Source: a virus (taxonomy: Duplodnaviria; Caudoviricetes). From it: a DNA stretch of 34,540 nt. Where the stretch lies: positions 1 through 34,540 of the IMG/VR virus record IMGVR_UViG_3300032328_000724; one strand, 5' to 3'. Below, in pieces: positions 21,101-27,556 of this stretch; the first letter of the stretch is position 1, and every line of letters begins with the position of its first letter. The notes beneath the pieces were generated by a model. The model worked only from the letters and a program-made list of their open reading frames with translations, was not told the DNA's origin and ran no database searches. Made by a program: the position numbers and the translations under genes.

Positions 21101-22245
21101 GTACCAACATTCAGAAGAAACTAAAAGCAATTCACCATTTGGACATCCCGTACAATCCATCGGCGCTCGAGCAACGCGACGGTAGAGCCCATCGGCAGGG
21201 CAACATGCACAAAGATACGGGTGGTATCGACGTGTTCAAGTACGTCCAAGAGGGCTCAGCGGATTACCTTTCGTGGCAGATATTGGCGAACAAGTCGGGT
21301 TTCATCAATCAGTTTATGATCGGTGACAAGACGCTTCGAACCATGGAAGACATTTCCACCGACGATATGTCGCCTGAGCAGATGATTGCGATTGCAACCG
21401 GGGATCCTGGAATGATGCGCCAGATAGGACTACAGGACGAAGTTCGACGATTGCGACGTTCTAAGGGAAGAGCCGAAAACGAGCAGCGTACGATCAGTAA
21501 AGCGATTCGCGAAGCTCCAGCGAGAATCGAGAACTACTCTCGATCGATCAAACAAGCAACGCAAGACGCTGAGCACTTGCAACGGCAACCATTGTTTCAA
21601 TTCAAGACGCATACAGGTGCCGAGATTACTCACACGGAAGAGGGAACCAAGAAAGCTCTTGCCGATGCACGTCGGGACGCTCGAGCAGCGTATGAAGAGG
21701 CACAAGCGAAAGCGATCGAGAGGTACTCGGATAATACTTGGGCTCGAGAGGGGTATCAGGGAACGGGCAAGCTTGGAAGCTATAAAGGCTTTGAACTATC
21801 CGTGAGTCGAGACGGAAAGCACACGATCACAACACCATCGGATCGAAAAATTCCTTACGGTGGGTCGTTCGATTCGCTCGAGAAAGTTATCAACGCGATA
21901 CCGAAGCATCCGGTAACGCACACCGAGAACCTAGCCGCATTCCAACGCGACTTGGAACGATTGCGTAAGTCTGAGGGGCAACCATTCAAGAAAGCTCAAT
22001 TGCTCGAGGAACGCGAAAGGGAGCTTGCAACGCTTACGAGTCAACGCAATGACAAAAAAGCTTTGCGGGAGTCTCCAGACGCCAAAACGCTTCTCGTAAA
22101 CACCGAGGCAAGTCTGACGAGCAACCTCGAGCGAATGAAGTCACTTGGATTAAGAATTAGCACGGACGGGAACGGCTTGTATAATATACATGACGCCGGG
22201 GACACGATTATCGCCAAAATAAGGTACAAAGCAGATGGCAAGTAA
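15133..22245 (+). CDS. polyvalent protein: portal-like N-terminus (DUF935/Mu gp29-like) fused to DarB-like N6-adenine methyltransferase and SF2 (SNF2-like) helicase
   Basis: aa 1-400: IRQMLQDPEI, SQKWGWSGGEV, SILLGAYSPW, HKDAYGG portal-like pattern. MTase motifs FLEPAVGSG (17452) and NVPF (17653). Helicase AHEVGTGKT (19585), DEAH (20158), ATGTPITNS, GTGTNIQ, QRDGRAHRQGN. One uninterrupted frame. Confidence 0.8.
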   Translation: MNVFGQAIDKTLRAIGIRKTPSLPTKENPKPKAATSSYSGLKFFQQTRDLPLFTFDVIRQMLQDPEIRLGLAMRAAPIAAVEFAYIEGTDTEGKPKWIPGVEAKDPIVAEWVLRQLQNIWKSSLPGIVNSQKWGWSGGEVTIMLDEDTGLLEINELLARHSRDCRLLELPCGTPWGVQIDNVKDGASKVDLQYPYCFFINFRPEDGEKYSASILLGAYSPWADQWLNGGALDVRRLFMHKDAYGGMSIGYPTEDYNVEGQEKPVSAKFIADQIVEQAQAGNVITYPSGNDETGKPKWVIERAQVSANPQHILEYPKDLDAEKRHGLEIPDGAISNDGSGAWEGKSLPMAAFYAGLDTWVTQILCDLYKTLLPLAQLNFGENVSFKLRHKPLALQMLQQQGAKQSNGMQDSQGGDPYGGMGGDMGGGGGGMGGPPSMQQMANSPHAVIAAARKALGYNIHRLGNGPRHAPKGYTKDSPLVINGHEYVGGNFIPNDQIDHASDEQLKEIASGSRSSTPVEAKVSKPNRSIEPFENLNVGLRDKHSNMLQTNRTIKFKDGHSIKVQYDTHGKNSGYRVTHKSADGKTDYPERFSTIKEASDFGAEQLQRKRATVKSPSMQSRQLPDTNVGIEKQAPKYKPKRSLTEGNYRYKSKDFFSSGVKAKFKDNIAALQTLREIKLEGRSATPQEQETISKWVGWGQMPGLFDYTLPDGTKSVETEANYKKWSKERQTLKDLLGLEGYADARASTINGHYTHPSVVEAHWKMAEKLGFKGGRFLEPAVGSGYYLGFMPEHLAEKTHVTAVEMDSGSGAITQVLYPSADVHIKPFQEFKSPDNYFDLTATNVPFDANQKIYYPKHKISAQLHDYYFLRAMDTTKPGGLIMQLTSTGTMDKISDDVRNLLDENTEFVSAIRFPSDAHSENAGTEVVTDMLIMRKKNPAIPPVTDETPPEAMPKQPYEMNMTNEEIERQRNGESVETRYSPGFTGITTDSLGRLYHWKDGKRIAAPSWNNTELVPDPEGGKDIRINKYFADNPDQILGTLNRSGTMYTGGMKNVERNESYDDMLQAAIDRLPSDIVQTQVTKSEESAVITDELLHEGQLVSRDGKIMQYSNGALKPFSVPEKNVDRVTSMIALKDKAREVLQAQRRGEEPDRTELNKLYDDFYTKYGPLHKTDNRKAMKGDPDATFLLSLEKYNSSDNTAIKADMFSKNTQVRGERATKADGPAEGLAISLHETGRLSLSRIATLTGQTEEEVGNDLREKGLAFQDPNGTWMPASMYLSGNTKRKLAEARHAAILDPTFEANVRALEQNQPETIASDEIGVTMSSPWVPVDRLQEFAAHVLGAELEDFQMSRDGGSFSMRILNDHVEYAQSTRAVWGDFERVMNAAVNGKPVLVRDSDGAIDKDATDGYAEKIATLQEQFREWAFDSDPERTEAMAAIYNETQNTHVDTKYDGSHQTFPGMVDTFKLRKIQQDAAWRIVQTGRGLLAHEVGTGKTSTMVASAMELRRMGLSKKPAFAVKNANIEQFAEEAQQLYPDARILSLGKNFTAENRQEMLNRIATGDYDMVIMTHENIAKMQMKPDTIKRVIGEEIQELEAALVMAQKKQADMDALTDLEDEGKYKKTTKKERERKSKALQNNIKKIESRKKGIQGYLDKVLRSEDKDAIYFEDTGIDQLFVDEAHKFKGLPITTKHDKVGNIPKLASASARALDMLARCRYLQEQNDGRGVVFATGTPITNSMAELYVMQKFIQSDVLRERGVSRFDDWADTYGEITNDFEFKLKGEAVATQRFKRFMNLPELRNMASEMMDIKRAVDIPNLVRPDKHEHAIAVARSSDMDSVMEEIKERALACRGGRSERLVRSAAGEMIHDSPLIINTDARAASIDLRLYDASLPDHPDSKANTAIKNILDVYHKSKDNVQAVFSDTGIHDTNKTNFSLFKDMKDKLVAAGIPPGEIIDFSQDMSDIQREDAQARLRRGDARIAFGSTERLGTGTNIQKKLKAIHHLDIPYNPSALEQRDGRAHRQGNMHKDTGGIDVFKYVQEGSADYLSWQILANKSGFINQFMIGDKTLRTMEDISTDDMSPEQMIAIATGDPGMMRQIGLQDEVRRLRRSKGRAENEQRTISKAIREAPARIENYSRSIKQATQDAEHLQRQPLFQFKTHTGAEITHTEEGTKKALADARRDARAAYEEAQAKAIERYSDNTWAREGYQGTGKLGSYKGFELSVSRDGKHTITTPSDRKIPYGGSFDSLEKVINAIPKHPVTHTENLAAFQRDLERLRKSEGQPFKKAQLLEERERELATLTSQRNDKKALRESPDAKTLLVNTEASLTSNLERMKSLGLRISTDGNGLYNIHDAGDTIIAKIRYKADGK

Positions 22246-22591
22246 TGACAAGCAAAGCAGGTGGGGAAAGCTCTTCGCGAAGTATTTAGCCGACAATCGT
22301 CCGGAGTTGTGGGACGAACTAATGGCCGAAGGCGACGAAGCAAAAGACCTATTCATAACAAGCCGAGTCGATGAAGCACTTGCAAGCTATCGAGAGTACT
22401 TGGAAAAGGGCTCAAACGAAGCTGAAGCGGTCGAGCTAGCATTGTCGGAGCTACTCGGGATGGACGAAACATCTTCCGAAGATTGGGAGGATGAAGACGG
22501 GCAACAGGAGCACGTCAACGCATTGTTCCAGCATCTTAACGTTGAGCCGACAACGATTACCGACGAAGAAACCGACGAAGAGTCGGACTAG
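22235..22591 (+). CDS. TnpV-like acidic helical protein
   Basis: RWGKLFAKYLADNRPELWDELMAEG...AVELALSELL resembles the TnpV pattern; acidic tail; overlaps the end of the MTase-helicase gene. Confidence 0.55.
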   Translation: MASNDKQSRWGKLFAKYLADNRPELWDELMAEGDEAKDLFITSRVDEALASYREYLEKGSNEAEAVELALSELLGMDETSSEDWEDEDGQQEHVNALFQHLNVEPTTITDEETDEESD

Positions 22592-22616
22592 GTTTCAAGC
22601 TGCTACGGCATTTTCG

Positions 22617-22635
22617 GTAATGACAACGTATTGAC
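22617..22635. promoter_or_regulatory. putative operator, related to 33002-33020
   Basis: GTAATGACAACGTATTGAC vs GTAGTGACAGCGTGTTGAC, 16/19 identical. Confidence 0.5.
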
Positions 22636-22661
22636 GGGGTAAAATCCTTAGAATAAACGTC

Positions 22662-22689
22662 TTGACATTTATTCGCCAAGTGGTATCGT
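22662..22689 (+). promoter_or_regulatory. sigma70-type promoter
   Basis: TTGACA-N16-TATCGT with extended TG, in an AT-rich intergenic region. Confidence 0.55.
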
Positions 22690-22752
22690 TACATTGTGGA
22701 CACCAGCGATTTGCTTGGTGAGTGGAATGTTACCCTTCAGGAGAATACAGTA

Positions 22753-23130
22753 ATGGCTAAGGCAACGGAGTACTGGAAAGCACCTAAGCTTTCCAATGGC
22801 AAGTATCCAACGATGGACTTCTATATTGCCAAGTGTGAGCAATTAAAACTACGGTGCCTCAATGGTGGATTCGTAGAACGTACGAACGGGCAGTTTGTAT
22901 CGGGTTTGATGGGTGTATCTGCAATCGAAGCCGGCGAAATCGCGGCATCACACTTCGAAGAGCCTTTGGTTGTTCTTTCCTATGGAGCACAACATTTGCG
23001 TAACGCTCAAGAGAATACGCGGTTGGCAGCGGTATGGGAGTCGGCTCGAGACTCACAACCGAGAGACTGTCATTGTGCTCGAGGTGGGAATCCTGCTTAT
23101 TGCGAATGCAAGACATGGGAGACACGCTAA
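22753..23130 (+). CDS. hypothetical protein with C-terminal Cys cluster
   Basis: ATG 22753 with AGGAG RBS; ends CHCARGGNPAYCEC. Confidence 0.65.
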   Translation: MAKATEYWKAPKLSNGKYPTMDFYIAKCEQLKLRCLNGGFVERTNGQFVSGLMGVSAIEAGEIAASHFEEPLVVLSYGAQHLRNAQENTRLAAVWESARDSQPRDCHCARGGNPAYCECKTWETR

Positions 23131-23384
23131 TGAACGCTCTAAAAATTGAAATCGTCGATAATCCGAGCTTAGCGCCCAACTACAACCGCGATGAGTTAGA
23201 GACTCGGGCAGCGAGAATCGACAAGTGCATCATTGTCGGCAAGGGAACGGTCGAAGGAAACCCGACGGTTGATTTCCATATCTTTGCGGAAGATGGTTCG
23301 AAGTTCGTCGCGATGCTAACGGGCAACTTGGTCAAGAGCCTTGCAGCAACGATCGAGGGATTTGAGCAAAGGGGCAAAGCATAA
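23130..23384 (+). CDS. hypothetical phage protein
   Basis: TAATG coupling at both ends; GGGAG RBS; GTVEGNPTVDF motif. Confidence 0.7.
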   Translation: MNALKIEIVDNPSLAPNYNRDELETRAARIDKCIIVGKGTVEGNPTVDFHIFAEDGSKFVAMLTGNLVKSLAATIEGFEQRGKA

Positions 23385-23971
23385 TGAACAACTGGAAAGA
23401 CATCATTGGGCGGGTCAAGGCTATCGTCAATGAAGTACGAGACGAACAAAAGTCGATCGAGGCACGTTTGGCGGAGTCAAACAACGAAAACATGCAGCGA
23501 GAATTGAACAAGACCATACACGACTTAAACGCTTGTCGACGATGGCTTGAAACATCGGATAAAGCAGCAATTGAGGCTCGAGCCCAGGTCGCAAAGCTGG
23601 AAAAGCATATCGTTGAATTGCATGATAATCATGCAAAGGCAGAGGCGAAGCACAGAAAAGCCTTAGCTTTCGAAAAGAAGAACCATGAAAACACGGTCGA
23701 TCTATACAACGCGCTCGTCAACGATCGAGAGAAAGCCACAAAGCGTGGAGTTCTCGACAAGGTTACGAAAGAGCGTGATGCAGCGATTGCGGAACGCGAT
23801 AAGCTCGAGTTGCAATTGGAGCGATTTTCGAAATTATCCGTGTTGATTACCGAAGTAGTCAGCAAGGCGAGCGCAGTTGATAAGCCAGTGTCTCCCAAGG
23901 CTGGAAAGAAGGTCGCGACGGTTGATAAGTCGAGACGTCCTAGCAAGACAGCGAAAGGAGGGAAAGCATAA
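23384..23971 (+). CDS. coiled-coil protein with basic tail
   Basis: Heptad-rich sequence; TAATG coupling. Confidence 0.7.
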   Translation: MNNWKDIIGRVKAIVNEVRDEQKSIEARLAESNNENMQRELNKTIHDLNACRRWLETSDKAAIEARAQVAKLEKHIVELHDNHAKAEAKHRKALAFEKKNHENTVDLYNALVNDREKATKRGVLDKVTKERDAAIAERDKLELQLERFSKLSVLITEVVSKASAVDKPVSPKAGKKVATVDKSRRPSKTAKGGKA

Positions 23972-24384
23972 TGGGATTCAGCGGCGGAAAAGCGATAGCG
24001 GAAGCTCTCATGCATGCGATGATGGATTGTGCCGAGTTTACTCCACACGTTCGGGAGTATCTCTACAGGGCAATGATACCAGCGATCGAAGCCCAGGATT
24101 GTGACACGCTCGAGGAACTGCTTGGATGCGATGATTCTTTCGATGCAGTTATGAGCGATCTACGAAACCCGCCACCGGAAGGATTCTCGACCGACGAATA
24201 CAGGGCTCTCCGAAAGGAAATCGGTAAGTACTTGTGTTCGGAAGAGTTTCCCCTTGGAGTTGTGTTCGAATACGACATGGGCGAAAAGGGGGGGATGTTT
24301 GAAGTCTCCTACACGTTCGAAACGTTCGAGCAACTGCTTGGGGCAGCGGCGGATTATCGGAACGAAATGGACGGGAACGAATGA
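23971..24384 (+). CDS. acidic hypothetical phage protein
   Basis: GGAGG RBS, TAATG coupling; MGFSGG...DCDTLEELLGCDDSFD motif. Confidence 0.7.
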   Translation: MGFSGGKAIAEALMHAMMDCAEFTPHVREYLYRAMIPAIEAQDCDTLEELLGCDDSFDAVMSDLRNPPPEGFSTDEYRALRKEIGKYLCSEEFPLGVVFEYDMGEKGGMFEVSYTFETFEQLLGAAADYRNEMDGNE

Positions 24385-24569
24385 AAAAAAAGGGACGACC
24401 GGCAACAGGATCGGCAAAACGCCGTTCCATTCGGGTTCACGATGAACCATGGGCGGAAATACAAACCGGGGCAGAGCTTTCGGGGTACAATTTCTCTCAG
24501 TGGGCGATTATGTTGCTACTCAAAGAAGCCAGAAAACTGAAACGCAAAAGGAAACAAAAGCATGCCTAG
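24381..24569 (+). CDS. ribbon-helix-helix DNA-binding protein
   Basis: GRPATG...RRSIRVHDEPWAEIQTGAELSGYNFSQWA is an Arc/CopG-like RHH pattern. Confidence 0.75.
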   Translation: MKKKGRPATGSAKRRSIRVHDEPWAEIQTGAELSGYNFSQWAIMLLLKEARKLKRKRKQKHA

Positions 24570-26445
24570 CCCATGGATGAAACAAACGATGACGGAATCA
24601 AGCGATCCTAAAATCCTGGAAGCGGTTCGTAGTGCGATCGAAGCCAACGAGCCACTATTTAACGAGTTGATGGATTCCGATGAGCTGGAGGCATTTGTCG
24701 CAAATAAAGCCGGTGAAGTCGAGACCATGGTCGCGGACTATATCAAAGTCGGGGCTACGGAAGATGAAGCGATGCAACTTGCTCTCGAGGGATTGCTACC
24801 CGACGACGAAGCCGACGGGATCGATACCGATGACGTGTCGATCGAGGGGGAAGACGTCGCAAGAATGTCGTTAAGTCGCAGAATGGCGCTTCAGGTCGGT
24901 ACCACGGTCAACAAAGGCGGGGTGAACTACGTTCTAAACGAGAATCACCGATGGACGCGGCAAGATGCAGGGGGCCAAGCAGCGCCACAACAGCGACCGA
25001 AGTTGTCCCAAGACGAAATGAAAGCTTCGATGGCGGGGCAAAAGTACGAAAGCCCACAGGCAAAGCAAAACAAGGTGATCGTCGACAAGTTGAACAATCC
25101 GAAGCAAAAAGCACCATCGGAAAAACAAGCCGCATTGAAAGAGCAAAACGCATTTCATGCGAAGCTGGACGCAATGGATAAGAGCGAAGTCGATGCGATG
25201 GCTACCAAGCTTGGCATCGATCCTGCAAAGTGGCCGAGCCGGTGGAATCTTCAAGAACAGATCAGAAAGGCGAAACCAAGACAGCCATCCGAATCATCGG
25301 ACTACGAGTCGCGGGTTCAAGCAGCGATCAAAGAGGGGATGAGCCGGGGGGACGCTCAAGGGTACGTTGAAGCCCAGGATATGCAGAAGAGCAAGCCGAA
25401 CCAACCAAACAAGCCGGCAAACTCACCAATTGACACTCCCCCGCCACCGGTGCACAAGTCGGAGATATTTGGCGGTCATCACAATCCGAGGGTTGACGAA
25501 GATCCAAACCATGATGGGGTGACAGATCGGGCTCGAGTCGGGGTTGCGGCTTTCGATGTTCCCCCTCCCCCAAAGAAGATACCGAGGATTCCAGGGTTGA
25601 CCGGAGTCGCCAAGAAATCGGAAGACCACTTTGCCCAGGCTTTCGAAGCGGATCCGGAAAAGCTGATCAACGATGCGGTCATTATGTTTACCGCGATGGC
25701 GGAACCTGGATCCCCTGCAACGTTCGAAACCGACGCTTGCAAGAATCTGAGCCCATATTGGAAGTCTCTCGAGCTGAATGAAAACCTCGAGCAACGGTCG
25801 AAGAATCGGGCAACGCTCAACACGTCGCTACACCAAACAGCGAACGCGATTGCGAAGAACGCTTTCGTCAAGCACCTGGACACACTTCCGGAGGGTTCGG
25901 AAATCCTGGTTACAGTCGGTGGTTGTGGAGCTGGAAAGGGCTTCGCGCTCAAGGGTGTTCCCCAAGCTTTGGAGCTGAAAAAACGCGCGGCAGTTGTGTG
26001 GGATTCAGCCGGGGACCAAAACGCAACGGAGAATCCTTGGATTCTCCAGGAGGCACGAAAACGCGGTCACAAAGTTTCGTACGTCTACGTTCATAGCGAT
26101 CCGAAAGTATCGTGGGCGGATCCAGGTCGCGGTGTGGTCAAGCGAGCTGGAGACCCTAATGACGGTCGAATGGTCGATGCCATGGTGTTTGCTGACTCCT
26201 ACGCTTTGGGAGCGAAAAACCATGCAGAGTTCGCCAAGCGCCATGCAACCGATTCAGACGTCACTTGCGTCTTTTTGAAAAACGGCAATCCACCGGTGTT
26301 ATCCGGACAGATGCCACCAGAAGCACTAACGATCGACCGGTATGAGCTTGCGAAGTTCGCGGTCGATACGATCAACAATTCGCCGGACATTCCCCAACAC
26401 GTAAGAGAGGGAGCATTGGCCGGCACAAAGATTTGGGGCGACTAA
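24562..26445 (+). CDS. multidomain protein: TnpV-like N-terminus, HeH-like motif, C-terminal zeta-toxin-like P-loop kinase
   Basis: Walker A GGCGAGKG (25918), VVWDSAG, RGHKVSYVYVHSDP, KRAG...GRMV lid typical of zeta/PezT-like kinases. Confidence 0.7.
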   Translation: MPSPWMKQTMTESSDPKILEAVRSAIEANEPLFNELMDSDELEAFVANKAGEVETMVADYIKVGATEDEAMQLALEGLLPDDEADGIDTDDVSIEGEDVARMSLSRRMALQVGTTVNKGGVNYVLNENHRWTRQDAGGQAAPQQRPKLSQDEMKASMAGQKYESPQAKQNKVIVDKLNNPKQKAPSEKQAALKEQNAFHAKLDAMDKSEVDAMATKLGIDPAKWPSRWNLQEQIRKAKPRQPSESSDYESRVQAAIKEGMSRGDAQGYVEAQDMQKSKPNQPNKPANSPIDTPPPPVHKSEIFGGHHNPRVDEDPNHDGVTDRARVGVAAFDVPPPPKKIPRIPGLTGVAKKSEDHFAQAFEADPEKLINDAVIMFTAMAEPGSPATFETDACKNLSPYWKSLELNENLEQRSKNRATLNTSLHQTANAIAKNAFVKHLDTLPEGSEILVTVGGCGAGKGFALKGVPQALELKKRAAVVWDSAGDQNATENPWILQEARKRGHKVSYVYVHSDPKVSWADPGRGVVKRAGDPNDGRMVDAMVFADSYALGAKNHAEFAKRHATDSDVTCVFLKNGNPPVLSGQMPPEALTIDRYELAKFAVDTINNSPDIPQHVREGALAGTKIWGD

Positions 26446-26822
26446 TGGACACTCTAGGGCTAGCAAGAAAAGACGATAAGCAAACGAGCCACGATGGCGC
26501 GGAGCACATTAAACCACGATTGAATGACAGGAAGTTGGAATTTATGAGTGGGTTGAGGGCTCTCGGAGGGAGAGCAACAGCCAAGGAAGTTGCGAGTAAC
26601 GTCCATCCAGGCGAATTTGCGATATTCGACTCAATCAGGAAACGAGCGATTGATTGTGTTCGACTTGGTTGGGTAAGGGAAGTGGAACCGAGGGAATGCA
26701 AGGTATCGGGCCGAAAGTGTACCGTGTATGAGATTGTCGAAATCGCACGCTGCGAGGCTTGCGGTGGCGAAATGGTCAATGGAGTCTGTAAACGAGAACT
26801 AGAAGAGGAAAGCAATGGATAA
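26445..26822 (+). CDS. winged-helix DNA-binding protein with Cys-rich C-terminus
   Basis: ARKDDKQTSHDGA (phage ARxxDxxTS motif), ATAKEVA helix, RECKVSGR wing, CEACGG. Start at 26445 by TAATG coupling. Confidence 0.65.
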   Translation: MDTLGLARKDDKQTSHDGAEHIKPRLNDRKLEFMSGLRALGGRATAKEVASNVHPGEFAIFDSIRKRAIDCVRLGWVREVEPRECKVSGRKCTVYEIVEIARCEACGGEMVNGVCKRELEEESNG

Positions 26823-27165
26823 CGCACAACCGCAAGCAGAGATTGGAACCATGGATACATGGTGGACCGATGAATCAGCGAGACAAGAAGCCATGGGCGA
26901 CTTTGTTGTCGAGAATGGACTAGGTGTCCAGGATATGCCGGAAAACCCTTACGAGGATGATTCAGCGGTACCAGCGGAAGAAACCAGCGAAGAGACTCCA
27001 GACATGACGGGGGGCAACGATGAAGTTACAGAGACCGACGTTGAAATCGAGGGCGATGCTGAGGCAGCCGAGGCACAGAAGCAAAAAGCGGCAAAGGACA
27101 AGCAAGACAAAGCCAAGGCCGACATGCTTGGAGAAGAGCCCGACGTTGAGCCCCAAGGCAATTGA
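26815..27165 (+). CDS. highly acidic hypothetical protein
   Basis: About 34 of 116 residues are D/E; GAGG RBS. Confidence 0.65.
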   Translation: MDNAQPQAEIGTMDTWWTDESARQEAMGDFVVENGLGVQDMPENPYEDDSAVPAEETSEETPDMTGGNDEVTETDVEIEGDAEAAEAQKQKAAKDKQDKAKADMLGEEPDVEPQGN

Positions 27166-27231
27166 GTGGGCTTACTGGGAAAATGAGAAGATGATGTTTC
27201 CCGAATCTATGTGGGAAGAATTGGAACCAAA

Positions 27232-27552
27232 ATGACAACGTTACGCGAATTTACAAGGATCAATTACGTCGATGATCTAAACAAACGCATGTTGCAGGCA
27301 ATGGTAGTCGAACATGCGAACCGGTTTACGCTCATTCAGAAATCACAATTTGAAAGCGTAACAGTAAAAAGCATTTCCGACACGTTTCATCGGGTCGAGA
27401 AGCGAACCGGCATAATCAACGTTGTCGTTCCCAAAGAGCGATTCGTAACCTACGAGGAAAGCGATTTAGAGTGGATGTTGTACTTCGGCATGGCGATTCC
27501 ATGGAGTTACGTTTCTCAGTTCGATTCAACCGTCAGAGCGAACCACAAATAA
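27232..27552 (+). CDS. hypothetical protein
   Basis: ATG 27232; fills the gap before the MuF gene. Confidence 0.6.
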   Translation: MTTLREFTRINYVDDLNKRMLQAMVVEHANRFTLIQKSQFESVTVKSISDTFHRVEKRTGIINVVVPKERFVTYEESDLEWMLYFGMAIPWSYVSQFDSTVRANHK

Positions 27553-27556
27553 AACC

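Noticed and set aside
22631-22654. Second promoter TTGACG...TAGAAT
   Set aside because: Spacer is only 12 bp.
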